NCBI GenBank assembly: GCA_013239625.1
Contig: MU054323.1
Span: 16,248,029-16,312,028 of the forward strand
Origin: Lama guanicoe
Taxonomy: Eukaryota
Direction: 5' to 3'
DNA: 64,000 nucleotides
The notes below the pieces were generated by a model that was not told where the DNA came from, did not search any database, and saw only the letters and a program-made list of their open reading frames with translations. A program made the position numbers and the translations under genes. Of the stretch, positions 11,870 through 26,049 are shown in pieces; within the stretch, counting starts at the first letter, position 1; each line of letters opens with the position of its first letter.

Positions 11870-14712
11870 AAATGAATGAACTAAACACTCCAAATAAGAA
11901 GGCAAAATTGTCAGAATGGCTAAAAAGGCAAGACCCAACTCTATATGAGTAGAAGAGATGCACTTGCAATATAAAGACAGTGATAGCGTGAAAATAAATG
12001 CAAGGACAAGATGTGCCATAAAAATGGCAAATGAAGGCTGAGGTGGCTATATCAATATCAGATAAAGGAGACTCCAAGAAAAAGAATATTGCCAGAGACA
12101 AAAAGGAATGATGAGGAAAACAAAACAAACATAAATGTGTATGTGCTTAAAAACAGTCTCAAAATATAGGAAGCAAGAATGGATATAAATCTAGGGAGAT
12201 ACTCCAGAATTTTAGTAGGAGATTTGTTTAACTGTCTCAGGAATTGATAGGACAACTAACCAAAAATCAGTGAAGACATAGAGGATCTGAATACATGATC
12301 AACTGTCTTAACCTGTTTAATAAGTATAGGACCCCTCACTCAACAACTGCAAAATAAACATTTGTTTTGGTGTGCAATACATATTTATTTTATTGTGGAT
12401 GGTTTATTCACCAATATTACCATGGTGGAGGCCATGTAACAAGCCTTAATAAATTCACAAGGACTAAAACAGTACAGATATATTCTCTATGATGAATTAC
12501 TTAGAAATCAATAACATTAAGATATTAACATTAAGATATCTGGGTCAATCCCCAGCATTTTGCAATTAAAAATCATATTTTAAAATATTAATGGTTCAAA
12601 GAAGTCACACAATAGAGTGTTGTTTAACTCAGTAATAAGGCAAGTACAGTATGTCAAAATTCGTGAGATGTAGCTAAAGAAGTGCTTGGGGGAAATTTAT
12701 GGCTTTAAATGCTCATAGTAGAAAAGAAAAAGGGAAATGACATAAGGTACTACCCGAAGACACTATAAAAAGAAGAGCAAAGTAAATCCAAAGTATGTGA
12801 AAGAAAGAAAGTAATAAAGGTAAGAGCAAATATCAACAAAACAGAAACAAATGATCCAAAAGTAGGTTCTTTGAAGAGAACAACAAAATGGATAAACTCC
12901 TAGTTGATGAAGGAAAAGAACATAAATCACCAATATGGAAAAAAAAAGAGGATTTATTACTACAGATTTTAGATATTAAAGTGATAATAAGAGAATATTC
13001 TGAACAAACGTATGCCAAAAATTAGATACTTTAGATGACATAGACAAATTCCTTGAAAAATACAACTGGAATTGATATAAGATGAAACAAAATTTGAATA
13101 GCCTCTATAGTAATGAAATTGAATTCATTGTCAAAAACCTTTATACAATGAAAACTTCAGACTCAGATGATTTCACTGGTGAATTCTATGGAATAGTCAA
13201 AGGAATAATAACCCAAACTCTTTCAGAGACTAGAGGAGAGGAGAACACTTTCCTGCTCAGTTTTGAGGCCAGCATAATTCTGATACCAAAATCTGATACA
13301 GAGAATAAAGAAAAAAATCCAGACCATTATCCCTCATAAACTTAAATGCAAAAATTCTCAGAGATTTAGTAAGTTGAATCCAACACTATATACAAAGGAT
13401 AATACAAGAAAAAGTTTTGTTTTGGCAGAAATTGACACACTGGTTCTAAAATTTACATAGAAATGCAACTGATCTAAAAGGGCTTAAACTAATTATAAAA
13501 AGAGCAAAGTTTAAGGACTTATACTACCTGATTTTAAGACTTATTATAAAGTTGAAGTAATTAACATTATGGTATTTGTGAAAAGATAGTCATGTAGATT
13601 AACAGAAGTAAAACAGATCAAGAGTAGAGAGTAGTCTAGAAATAGTTCAGTTATGTATGTTTGTTCAACTGATTATCAACAAATGGTGCTGGGGTGACTG
13701 ATCTCCACATGAAAAGAGAAAAAACATCAGCCCTTTTCTTACTCCATGCACAAAATTAACTCAAAATTAATCATAGACCTAACTGTAAAAGCTAATACTA
13801 TAAAAATCTTAAAAGAAAACATGGAAGAAAATTTTGTGAATTTCGATAGACAGAATTTCTCAGTTAGAACACATTAAGCACAAACCACCAAAGGAAACAG
13901 AAAAGATAACTTGGATTTCACTAAAATGAAAAACAGCTCATCCACAGACATCATTAAGAAAATAAAAATGCAGGCCATGGAACAGGAGGAAATATTTGCA
14001 ATGCACATATCTGACAAGGACTCAGTTCTAGAATATATACAGAATTCATCTTACAACTGAATAATAAGATGCATAACTCAGTTTTAAAAATGAGCAAAAG
14101 ATTTGCACATACAAATATAAAATGGTTCAACTATTTTGGAAGAGTATGTAGTTTTTAAAGAAAAAGTTAAACATATACTCATTATACAAATCAGATAACT
14201 GTCCTAGGCATTTATCTAAGAGAAATAAAAATTTATATACACAAAAAGATTGGTACACAGATGTTCATAGCATCATTATTCATGGTCATCCAAAGCTGAA
14301 AACAACCCCAATGTCCATCTCTTTTGCTGACTGGAAAAACAAAATGTGATATATCAATATGATGAAAAATTACTCAGCATTTAAAAAGAATAAACTACGG
14401 ATGGAAGAAATAACATGGATGGATACCAAGTCATTATGCTAAATGAAAGAAACCAGATTCAAGAGTGCATATGGTATGATTGCATATATATAAAATTCTA
14501 GAAAATGCAAACAAATCTATAGTGATGAAAAGTATATTAGTGGAGGCTATGGTGAAGAGAAGGAAGAATCTTTTGAAGGTCATGGAAATGTTTTATATTT
14601 TGATTATAGGGGTGGATTCATGTGTGTATACAGTTGTCAAAAGCCATCAATTCTAAAGTTTAAATGGATTTATAGTATTTAAATTATACTTCAATACATT
14701 GATTTAAAAAAA
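11870..14712 (+). mobile_element. old L1 (L1MB/MC-like), ORF2 endonuclease start to 3'UTR, RT core missing
   Basis: EN motifs (aatgaactaaacactccaaataagaaggc, agacccaactctat), MKTSDSDDFTGEFY and SFEASIILIPKSD. Near 13410 the sequence jumps to the ORF2 C-terminal region. Many stops and frameshifts. Confidence 0.85.
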
Positions 14713-14934
14713 TCCTTCAAGAAAAGGAAGGTAGTGAAAAAGAGTGCAATCAGTAGTTCAATTAATTTATAAAAGAATAAATGGATGAATCTGTACCACA
14801 GTCCTTTAAATAGTAATTCATTTTTATTTTCTACCATTGATACCATGGAGTTCCATGTTAGAATAGTTACACTAATGAATTAAACTAATGAATGACCTCC
14901 TTTATCAACATTATAATAGAAACCCCACCATTAA

Positions 14935-15160
14935 TTAAATTGGGAGTTTGAGATTTGCAGATGCTAATATATAAAAAATAGATAAACAATGAGTTTATAC
15001 TGTATAGCACAGGGAACTATACTCAATATCTTGTAGTAACTTATGGTGAAAGAGATATGAAAATGAATATATGTATGTTCCTATATGACTGAAGTATTGT
15101 GCTGTACACCAGAAATTGACACAACATTGTAAACTGACTATAGTTCAATTAAAAAAAAAC
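14935..15160 (+). mobile_element. young cetartiodactyl-type L1 3' end fragment
   Basis: aattgggagtttgagatttgcaga...atagcacagggaactatactcaatatcttgt...tgtacaccagaaattgacacaacattgtaaactgactatagttcaattaaaaaaaaa. Confidence 0.85.
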
Positions 15161-15691
15161 CTCGAGTTAAAAAATAGAAAACACATTGGTCATTAAAACC
15201 AATTGACTTCATATAGTGAGAATAAAGGTTAAATACCCTGTAATGAATTACTTGCAGAGAAATGTTTCTAAATAGTACTTGAAAATCTTCTCTTTTATGT
15301 TTTTTTTTAAAAATGTCAAATCACAAAAATAAATTCTGAAATTAAAAAAAACATAAAACATAAGAATTTAAACATTGGGTCACAATAAGTTTTTGATGCC
15401 AGAACTCATAGATAAATTTAATCTAATTTAATCTATAGTTTCATAAATATTTAGGCCCTAATTCAAACATGGTGTTTTAAAAATCATTTGGAATGTTTTA
15501 AAAGTCATTTTAAAATCTATTTGTTGAGAATCATATTTTATGTTATATAATTAATTTAAATTAAGCATTTTATCTTATTTGTTAAGTGGTGAAAAGATGG
15601 GTGTTTTTCTTCATCTACTAAAATTATTAAATATAGTAATAAAATCTATTTAAATGCAACTTTAATAATACACTGATCTAAATGAAATATG

Positions 15692-16412
15692 TGTAATAAA
15701 TAATTTGGCTGGCTTCTGGTTCCTGGGAGGTAACCTCTAAACCCTTAGAATCTCTGGAGTGATAGCAGTGTCTTTGTTATTCATGGTGGGACCCTCATTT
15801 GACACCTAATAGCTTGTGCTAATGAGATGACTTAGGCCAGGGGCTGGTCACCCAGAAAGACCAGCTGTGTGATTAGCGGGTTGGGGCTTTGAGCGACCGA
15901 CCTGGTATCAGCCCAACTTCCGTATCAGTCTAACTTCTGCAGAGGGGAGAGGAGAGGCCAGTCACATGGCCAATGATTCCATCAACCAGCCTATGTAATG
16001 AAATGCCAGTAAAAACTCTGGACACTAAAGCTCAGGTGAGCTTCCCTGGTTGGCAATATCCTTTGAGTATTGTCTCATTTCAATGTCAGGAGAGTAACAC
16101 ATCCCTGAGGATGACAGAAGCTTTACATTTGGGCCCTTTCAGACTTACCCCTGTGCAGCTCTTCCTTCGGCTGGGTCTAATTTCTATCCTTTGGCTATAA
16201 TAAAACAGTGAGTATAGTGTTTCCTGAGTTCTATGAGTCATGCTAGTGGATTGTTAAACCTGAGGGAGTCTGTGGGGACCCTGAATTTGTAGCCAGCTGG
16301 TCTAAAACAAGAGTGGCCTTGGGAGCCCCTAAGCTTATGACTGGTGTCTTAAGTGAGGGCAGACGTCTAGAGAACTGTGTCCTTGGAATTTTTAGTTTGG
16401 AAAATTCTTTGT
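15692..16412 (+). mobile_element. solo LTR, MER21-like (ERVL class)
   Basis: tgtaataaataatttggctgg...ggttcctgggaggtaacctctaaaccctt, gtgagcttccctggttggcaata, gttctatgagtcatgctagt...gaatttgtagccagctggtc. Confidence 0.75.
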
Positions 16413-16671
16413 AAATACTTTAACTTAAAATCATTTGTATAAAATACAAAAATCATATAATGTTTTTTGAAAATTCCTAGGAGAGGTCCCTGAGATAATA
16501 TATCCATTATTACATGAAAAGTGTTTGAAAGTGAAAATTTATACAATGGGCAAGTGCAACCACTCTCCAGTAAGAAGCAGATTCTCAGCTCTGTAACCCA
16601 AATGTGCTGACACTTTCTCTTGGATAACTTCTTTGGAGTAAATATTCATGTCATTTCACTACTGTGGTAGT

Positions 16672-17930
16672 CATGTGCTATTTTAGCTAATCATCCCCCT
16701 TCTTTTTTGTAATAGACTCTGATTTCTGTTCAGAATTTACACATCCCCCCATTCCATTCATACCTCTGTTTCTGGGAAGGATGACCCCAACCAACTTCAG
16801 ATCTGGAGTGCGCCCTTTTTAAAAAAATTGCCAACAGTGTTTTATTTATACCTACAAAACAAAACAAGATGGTATCAAAAGGACAATTTACAAACGAAGA
16901 ATAGTAACATAAACTCTCAGCATCTTGTGCCTGGACATCACACATCTACAAATCTTTCAAGTCTTAATGTAACAGGAATGTGTTCAGGGACCAGCAAGGA
17001 CATGAACAGAGACAGCACTGATTCCAAGCAAAAGCCACCAACCTTTTAGGTGAGAGAAGTCCACGCAATGAATTGTTAGGAAGGGACTGGGGAGAAGCAG
17101 CCATATAGCTTAATATGGAAATCCTTTCCTTAAATGAGTTTCAATCATGACTGCAATAATCAGCACCAAATGAGGATTCTTCTGCTCAACTTCTGAAGCA
17201 AAGGCAGAACCTGAATTACGGGTGGCATAGAGGCAGAAGACTTAACTTGATCTATGTAGGAAAAACTCTGCTAGATTTCAGCTATGCTCGGGGCACAACA
17301 GCTTTTGAGTTTTGGCATATGCTGTTATTTTGACTTTATGATTACAACATATCTGATGGAAAAAGGGAAGCAGGCAGCAGACCAAATACTGCCTGCTTGC
17401 CCAGAGACCTTTCACACAAAGAGATGCTTTCAAGTCCTGCAAGAGAGTAGGACACCTGCTGTGGTGGCATCTTTGAGTTTAAAAAAAAAAAAAAGGGATC
17501 AGATCTGGAGTGTGCCCTTTTTGGTTTAAAATCATCACATTCTTTCCCCTTGATCACACAATTGACTCATGTGACCCATTTTGGCCCAGTGAGCTGTGGA
17601 GAAACATTTGTTAGGGGTCTTTGGAAAATTTCTTTTTCAAAGCCTGTCTGACAAGACACTCTCTTCCTGCTGGAGGTGAAAAAGAAAGCAAGTAGCTCTG
17701 AAAGCACTTGGCATCCATCTTCCAACCACAGGATGAAACCTTAGGATGAAGAAGACACTGAAGAAGGCAGTCTTTGGCATCAATGTTGAACTTCTAGATC
17801 AAGCCTCACCTGAAGTACACATAACCTCAGAAACTTTCAGTTATGTGGGTCAATGCATTTCTTTTACTTTTCTAGTCAATTTGGATCAGCACTTTCTGAT
17901 ACTTGTATCTAACACCTTTATGAGACAATC
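16672..17930 (+). mobile_element. MaLR (MLT1J/K-like) solo LTR split by a retrocopy insertion
   Basis: Left part: tgtggtagtc...catcccccttc...gactctgatttctgttcag. Right part: catgtgacccattttggcccagtgag...ctagatcaagcctcacctgaag...tttcagttatgtgggtcaat...ttctgatacttgta. Confidence 0.6.
16821..17498 (-). pseudogene. 5'-truncated processed retrocopy containing only a 3'UTR (parent possibly TMED10, unverified)
   Basis: Flanked by 24-bp direct repeats tcagatctggagtg(c/t)gcccttttt at 16797-16820 and 17499-17522 (23/24 identical). Minus-strand AATAAA at 16846-16841, close to the 3' junction. No repeat family recognised in the insert. The parent call is from recall of a mammalian mRNA end only. Confidence 0.65.
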
Positions 17931-18039
17931 GCTTTAATATGGACAGTGATGATTGTTTTGATAGGGAATGAAAGTCAGATGTAAAATAATATTCTTACAG
18001 TAGAGAAAAGGTGTGATGTACTGGATCTATGTGGTGGTT

Positions 18040-19460
18040 TAGGCACACTCGACCATCTCTGCCCCACCTCCTAAGTCCCTTGAAATGAAAGAAAAAATAT
18101 ATTCACCAAATAGTAGACCACCAAGAGAGGGCAACATCAACATATCAGAAATTGTGAAAAATTCCCTGGAAGATGGAAAGTAACATGATTGAATTGATAA
18201 GGGTTGAGAAAACTCCAGCCTAAAACACACAAAGAAAATGGCTAGGGAGATATGAGTGAAATTTTAAGAGAACAAAGAACATTTAAAGACTATGTGGCAA
18301 TAGGTGGGTCATTATTACTGAACAGGGCCCAGTTGTGCCCCAAACCCTCTGACACTGAGCCACAGGTCACAGGGGTCAGTGAGGCATAAACTTGAAGTTA
18401 AAATACAGAGATCTGCATGAATACCAGGGCACAAACTGCTCCTTGTTAGGATCTGGGAGCCTTCTAGAGAGCATACTGTCAACTCTCCCATTCAGGCAAT
18501 TTGGAGTGGGGGTCAGGCAAGACCTCTGCAACTGCAAAGCTACTGAAATAAAGCTTCTCAAGCCTTCACTCATAGAGATGAGTGGAAAATCCAAGAATAC
18601 CAGTATATATGGGGAAGACCAACACCAAGAAGGATCAGGATGAGTGAACAGATCAGTGGACTCTAGAGGAGACAGGAAATTCAGAGAACCAAAAAGAATC
18701 CCATTCTTAAAACAATTCCATTTTCTATCTGGGAAAAAAGACACACCTAAAGTATACTTCATTCATCAAAAAAGAACAGGCAGCTATAAGGAAGTAGCAA
18801 GACAGAGAACGACAGGTTTTATGAATATAGAAAATAGGATTGTGAAAATAAAAAAATTCAACAGAAGGGATAAATAATAAAATGACCTCAACTCAAGACT
18901 GAAATAGTTATCTAAGAATGGGAATGGGAGTAGATGGGCAGAAAGGGGGATTTTAATTTTTTCTTTTATATATTTCAATATTATTTGAATCTCTTAAGAA
19001 AGTAAGTTTGAGTAAAAAAGACAAAATTTAAAAACAGAACACTGATCCAGTAATTCCACTTTTGATACTTTCAAAAATTAATTTTAAGGAGATGATTCAA
19101 GATGTAGATTAAAATGTACATACAAAAATATTTAATACATCTTTACATTTATAATAGCAAAATATGGGCAACAACCTAAATATTACACAATAGCAAAGTG
19201 GCCTAATATTAGACATTCATATGGTAATACGTTATGCTACTATTAGAAAATGATGTTTTCATAGAATATACCTAAGGGTGGGGAAAACATACAAGGTATA
19301 TTGATAAAAATAGAATAAAAGCTATATACATAGTATGTTCAAAATAGAAACTACAACCAGATGTTCACTGTGATTATCTCTGAATGATTTTGTTTTTTAT
19401 TTCTGTGTTCTTCAAACTTTCTATATTTTAAATCTATCACTAATTTACTTAGAAAATGCT
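18040..19460 (+). mobile_element. highly decayed ancient L1 (L1M/L1ME) fragments
   Basis: ORF1-like A-rich stretch (gtgaaaataaaaaaattcaacagaagg). 3' motifs: gatccagtaattccactttt, tttataatagcaaaatatgggcaacaacctaaat. Confidence 0.45.
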
Positions 19461-22400
19461 ATTAGAAAAGAAGAGGAAAGGAAAAAATGTGGTAGCAAGG
19501 AGAATATGGAAGGTGTCTCTCTCTCTCTGAGCTGCATATTTCACTGAATGCATGGGCTGGACTAGAGAGAAACCCTAGACAGAAGATTCTCTTGCTTTCT
19601 GCAACAGAAAGGATGTTTGCTCTTTTGTTGCTTTGTGGGGAGGGGTTGTTTTGTTTTCATCCAGAGCAACAATGACATGCACTCACCCAAAGAAATCATA
19701 TTTTTCTCAATCAACTCATTTAGTGGCAACAAAATCTTTACACACTGCGTATGGGGTGACACAAGTCACTATACACACATATAATCTGTTCATGAGTTTT
19801 CCAGCCAAAAAGTATTGGGAAGTGTTAAGCTTTTCTCCATTTTTTCTTTTTAAAGCCCACATCTGGCAGTTTGAAAGGTATGTGTGCACCAGAGCATTTT
19901 GCCAAAATACAATAATCTTTCTTTGGTCTAAATTTTATAAAATGGTAATTAATTCGTGCTTTCTAACATCATTCTAGTTGTTTTTAGGAATCAAAAGTTA
20001 TTTACGTGTTGATTAAAAAAAGATTTTCTTTTTCTTTATGAGTTGTTACTTGATGTTTGCAATGCCCCATGCAACATAGGTATTTCTCTGTTTTTCCTAG
20101 AGTTACTTGAATAGAATAATAATATTATTATTCCTCATGGTAGCTCTCCTCCATGTGATCAATGAAGAGATCATAGTAGTTTTGAGAAGTCCGCTGAGAC
20201 AGGTCATTGATTTATTTGGAACTGGTTTTTAATGTGAGGATTCAGGGCCACTCAACACACTTATGGAGGTTTATTTTCTTTGCAAATCCATTTGATAAAT
20301 CACCACTTTATGTTTAAATATAGGTGCTTTCATTTGCTTTGCCTTCCCTGGTTTAGTGTAGTAAAAAAACATGGGCTTTGGGGTCAGACTGGCTTGAGCT
20401 GGAATTCTGGCTCCACTATGTCCAAACTGTGTGATTCTGGGAAAGTTGCTTCTCTGAGCCTCAATTTATTTATCTGTGAAAAGAGGATAACATTAAGGGC
20501 TAAAGAGAATGATATTTGTCAAAGAAAAACAAAAATATGAACAAGTATAGAGCTTGGATCTGAGCTGATTAACTGTTTCTAATTATATATATTTCACTAT
20601 TACCATGTTATTTTTCAACATTAGGGTTTGGTGTTCTGTTTCACTGAATCAGAAGCTGGGGGGCTTAGAATCCAGTCTGTTTTACCACCATCTGGCTGGA
20701 GTGACCATGAGCCTATTTCCTCATCTGTAATATGGAGAGGTTAGAGGAGATTACTAAAACTCCTCCCAGCCCTGAGTGGAAATTTTGAGTGTAAATCGTT
20801 CACTTTGCACGGTCACCTGTATGACAGGCCTCTGGCCATGTCAGAGGTAAGACTGGGTCAGGCTGATCTATGGAATTAGTAATACTACTCTTCATGAGTA
20901 TCTTTGTGTTTGGGGCTGATCAGTTTTCTAATGGTTTTCAAAACCTGAGGGACACTTCTTAATGTTTCAACTATCATGGACTATTCAGGGAATGAGATTT
21001 AACCTTTTTTTTTTTTTCAGTTGTTTGGACCCCAAAAGTCTGGTTGGGAAAAACATGTGAACTGTCCATTTTTGGAGTTTCAGTATGTACTGAACTTTCT
21101 GAGGTACTTAGGTGGTCTACAGGAAGCCAGAATGAAGAGAGAGACCTCTGTTTTAAAAAAATAAATCACTCTGTGGGTGGAAGAATTTTGGCAGTTTGGG
21201 CCAAGCTGAGCAGCACGGCCTAAATATTAAAGTTCAGAGGTGATGTGCTTATCAGCCCAGACATGGCCTTTCGTCCCCAAATACACCTGCATCACCACCA
21301 GGCTGCCTTTCCAACCCTGAAGTTCCTGCCCACCCTATGAGAATGGGGCTGTGATACAAAAGAGAGAACCAGAGGGACTCAACGGCTCTGCGTGGGAATC
21401 CCTTCTGCAGGAGTTCTTATGAGAAGCAGATGTTTTCCAAATGTCTTGAGAAGGAGAATAGTCGAGCTTGGTGGTTTAGAAGAAACCAATTGGCCTTGAA
21501 TGGGTGGTGGCCTGTGGGTGATGGAGCTATAGTGTCTAACAGGGCAGGACAGAAGAGGGCAGGCTGGGACCATGGTCACACATGTGACACCCCACCCCTT
21601 TCTTTGTGGCTCCTGTGGAAATCAGTCCAGGGACCACCGACTGGTAGACATTTGAGTTACAGCCTTGGAAATTCTTTGGACTGATTTGGAAAAGTAATTC
21701 CAAAACAAAATTGGACTTCCAGCTAGGAAGTAGGTATGCGCCCATGAGGGAAACTGCTTCCTTCATCCTTAGATATTTTTCCACAGATAACACTAGTCAT
21801 AGATTAGAGCAGTTCTAAAATATTATTTTATTGTTAAAAATGTTTTTATTTGAGAAAAGTTAGAACAAACAGATAAGTCAAAAAAAGGAGGAAGTAAGAA
21901 AAATTTCCACTTGGATCTGTCAATTTGGTATAAACTCTTATAGACTACTTTTAATGCATATTTATTCTTTCAACAAACATTGAGTCTGCTGAATTTACAA
22001 AAATGAATCACTCTGTATATGCAGTTTTGTAATTTGCCTTTTCATTTAACAATACATTGTGAACAATTCTCCGTGGTAAACTTAAGATTGTTCCTCAGCT
22101 GGGTCTTGCAAATATCCTAGTATTTTTTTCTTGGGGATGCTCTCCTCAATTAAAACTCAAGTTCCATATACAAATCTTTCCCTTCCATCTCTAAATTTGC
22201 TTATTCCAAGAAGCCCATTTGTTAAAAATTATGAACAGAAGGATCAAAAGAAGAGAAATCTTTCTTTCCATTTAAGAACCACATAAAAATGCTCTGAATG
22301 TATATTTGACATTATCATCTGCTTCACAGATTTCTTTGGCTGATATCCATTTTAATTGTTTTGCTGTCTGCCACGTGGACTCTACAAAACTATCAGCTCT

Positions 22401-24309
22401 CCTTCGCTGGAGATATGTGGTAGAAGCGAGCAGAGAGGTGGTGGAAGGTGGGAGTTCGGGCAAGGGTAAGAGTTGAGAATAACCACCTCTTGTTCCTGAT
22501 CCAGAGGCTGGGGTTCATGCAAATGTCAGCATTACTCTAGCGAGGAACCATACATTGAGAAGATTTACTTTGGAGGCAAATTTGCCTTTTTTTTTTTTTT
22601 AAACCAAACAGAATCTAAACGACCAAATTCAGGCTTCTCTTTTTTGAGGGCAATGTTTTCTGCAGAATATTAACAGGAATCACACATAATAACAATAACA
22701 ACAAAAAAGGATTCTGGGATCAAGCAAACTGGAGAAATGCTGTATTTCTTTGGTGCAGGACTTCCCAGAGCATTTAGCAAGCTAATATGTACTGGGGCAC
22801 TCCAAGAGAGACAACTAGTCAACTTTTCTTAAACTCATACACTCGCTCTCTTTTGAGGCTGTGTGTATACATACTAACAACTTTGGAAAATGCTAGTCTT
22901 AGAAGTACAATTCTCTAGTGATACTGAAATCAGGAAAAAACAAAAGTAGTTTCATTGTTCTACTTAGGATTGAGATGTTAGCTCGTAATTTGCCTTTTTA
23001 GAGGGTACTCCAGTCCAAAACTACCTTCTACGTGGAATGTGAAGAAATCATTCTTGGGGGTTTTAAGTGAGAAACTCTAAGCTGAGATGCTTTGCTGAGC
23101 AATCTTTGAGTCACGCTGGCTCTCCCTCCCTTACATGCCTGCAAAATTTTCCAAAATAACAGGTGCTTGCTGAAATGAAAAGTGTGTTTATAGGTCTTGT
23201 TTTCTTCCCTCTTATATTCCTCAAACTCTTCTCCTTCATTAAGGGCTGTCATCCTGGAATGAGACCCAGGCATCCTTCCTTCCTGAAGCTGGCTGAAGGG
23301 TTCTCCAGCCACCCTCTTGCCCAACCTACTCTTCCTGGAGCCAGTGACTTACTGCCTTAGGCTGAGTTGAGGTAAGTCCTTAATGAGGCTTAGGCTCTGG
23401 GGCTATGCTTGGAGCTGCCTCTAACCACAACCATTTTTTTTTAACACCTTTGTTATGGTATGATTCCTGTACAGTAAACTACACATATTTCAGGCGTACA
23501 ATTCAGATGTAACCACAACTATTCTTATCAAAAAAATTTACCAGAAAACTAAGACCCCAGAAGAGGTCCTCTGATGGAGGAGTGGTGGGTGTTTAAAAAA
23601 AAGGAGGCAGAGCAGCATTCCTGGTCATCCATAAATTAAAACAAACAAAGGAAAATCACATCCAACTGTAGTCAACTGCTCCTGTAAGGGAAGGAGTGTA
23701 ATTCGAAGAGGTTTATGTATTTTGGCAGAGGACGGGGTGTGTGTGGGAGTTGAAAGGCATAGAATAACATGACTGGGAACCAGCTCCAGCCGCTGGCCAG
23801 CTTGTGCTTCCTTACTCGGTCCAACTAATGTGCCCTGAGCCATTTTGTTTTCTTCCTTCTTTATCCCTATTTGATCTCTCCCATGTCTGAGACACCAGGG
23901 GTGTTGAAAGAGGGGCTGCATGTGTCCGTGATAACATCTTACATTTCATAATTAGTCACCATTTCGAAGTACAATTGTATATTGTATTTTGTCTTATTTG
24001 TACGCCAAGCCTGTGAATGAATGTAACATTTATCCCCATTTTAAAGAGGAAGAATTGGAACATAAAGACAAGCCTGAAATCATAAAGCAAGTTAATGGCA
24101 GAGCCAGGAGGGGACTCTGGGTTCCCAGCCAGGGGTTTAGACTCTTACGATCTAGAACTCTCTGGGTTGCCACACTAGCCTCAGAGCCTTGACATCTCAA
24201 ATGAAAAAAGACTCTTAACATTTGGTTACAATAATCTACCTGCTACAAGTTGAATCCAGATCATGAAGGGTATTTATTAGAAAACTTTTTTGAGTCACTT
24301 CTAAGAACC

Positions 24310-24810
24310 ATGGCTTAAGCTGAGATTGAGGAAATAAATGAAGGCTATTTGAATGAGAACAGGCAAAGGCTATTTGTTCAGAGCTTGCTTTCTATCACAA
24401 GGGAGTCAGTCACCATCATTTGTCTTTGACAGAGACTCAAAGAAACAGGTGGAGGAGTGGAGAAACTTTATAGTGGAAAAAAAGGAGTGTTGTAGGTAAG
24501 CCACAATTGGAGACTGTTGGCACAGGGAAGTTTAGGTGGGCTAACTAAAAGTGGGACATCCTATGTGATTAGTTAGGGGGCCACATTTGGCTTCCTCTGG
24601 TTGGTCTCAAGTTAGAAATGGAAGCAAAAATTAGTGAAACTATCAGTTATTAATTAAGTCTTGGCCATTTTGGATTGATGGCTACAAGGGTTATTTTTTA
24701 GCTTCTGAACTAGTTACTACAGATAGTAGGTTGGCTTCCTGTGTGGGTTTGTGGGTCATAGTTCTGATTTTATATATAGTCTGGCCATCATTTGTATATT
24801 CAGTTTGTCA
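24310..24810 (-). mobile_element. solo LTR, ERV1 class (MER34-like)
   Basis: Minus strand starts tgacaaactgaatatacaaatgatggccagactatatataaaatcagaactatgacccacaa. Also caggcaaaggctatttgttcagagcttgct on the plus strand. Confidence 0.6.
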
Positions 24811-26049
24811 GGATTGAGTGAGGAGAAGGAACAAGGAGGGGACCTGGGAAGAGCATGGAAGTGAGGGCTCTGGCACCAACTGGGAATTATTAAAGCTCTG
24901 TCCCTACCTTTGAAGCCAGGTGCTGCTGAGTGTTATTAGGAGACAGAGGGAAGGGGGTGAGAATTAATCTTGTAATCTCAATATCCTCTCTCTGACTCAG
25001 TTTGGTTTCATTTGACATTTTTAGTTTGTGCTATTTGACAATGTCTTTAATGCAACGGAATACTGTGTATTGTTTCCAGACAGCAAAATTTTATATATTA
25101 GCAAGTGTAGATCTGGATTGTTGCTACCTAGTCCTAGATACTTCAGGTATTTCTTGATTCTGGTTCCTTGGAGAGATTCTGTTTTGACTGGAGGAAATGG
25201 GGATGATTTCTTAAAGGAAGTGACATAAGAAAGAAACTTTGAAGAATGGACAGATTTGGGGGCAAGTTAAAAGTGTACTTGAAAGTGGAAAACATAGGGC
25301 AATAGGAGTAGTGTGGGCAAATGTTCAGGATAGAAACAGGTTGTGTTCACAGACGGCAAATAACCTGGTACAGGAGTAAGACTGGTATGGGGTGAGACTG
25401 GAGGGACTTTGAATGTTATTCTTAGGAACTTGGATTTTATTGGTGTGGGAGACCTTAATGTTTTTGAACAGGATCCGAAATGATCAGAGTTGCATACTCA
25501 GGAAGATTATTCTGGCAAATGGGTGTGTGTTGACTTTGAAAAACAAAGCAAAGTTGAAAGTGGAGAAATTAGTCTCTAACTGTTCTCAACAAAAAGGAAA
25601 GCAGTTTGAATAGAAGTCAGCATGTCTTTTGGAAGACAATTGTCAATATACTCCAAATTAAATGTTTTTAGGACATCAAACTTTTATAAACACATGAATC
25701 ATGAACCTGTTCTAGATCTTACATAGGGTATCAGAAGCTATTCCTCAGGCTCAGCACAGACAACCCTAAAATACAGCTGGTAACAAGAACAGGTACTATC
25801 AAGAGGAGGAACTCTAGGGAGTGAAGGCAGGACGCACCAGCTTAGTGAGCAAAGACAGCTTGGTTTGTTCAGCAAAGGGCAGCAGGACATAGAGTGGATT
25901 GTTATATAGTCAAATGAGAGGAGAAATAAAATTATCTTTATCATACCATGTCCTTGAACACTTTGAATTATTATTTTTAAAATATTTTAAATTCCTCAAA
26001 GACTTGATTAAATTTGTATTGACCTAAAATCCTGGTTTGGGGGATAAAT

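Noticed and set aside
12512..12540. Short 13-14 bp doublets (here, ~3117-3142, ~30706-30729)
   Set aside because: Ordinary slippage duplications with no further structure.
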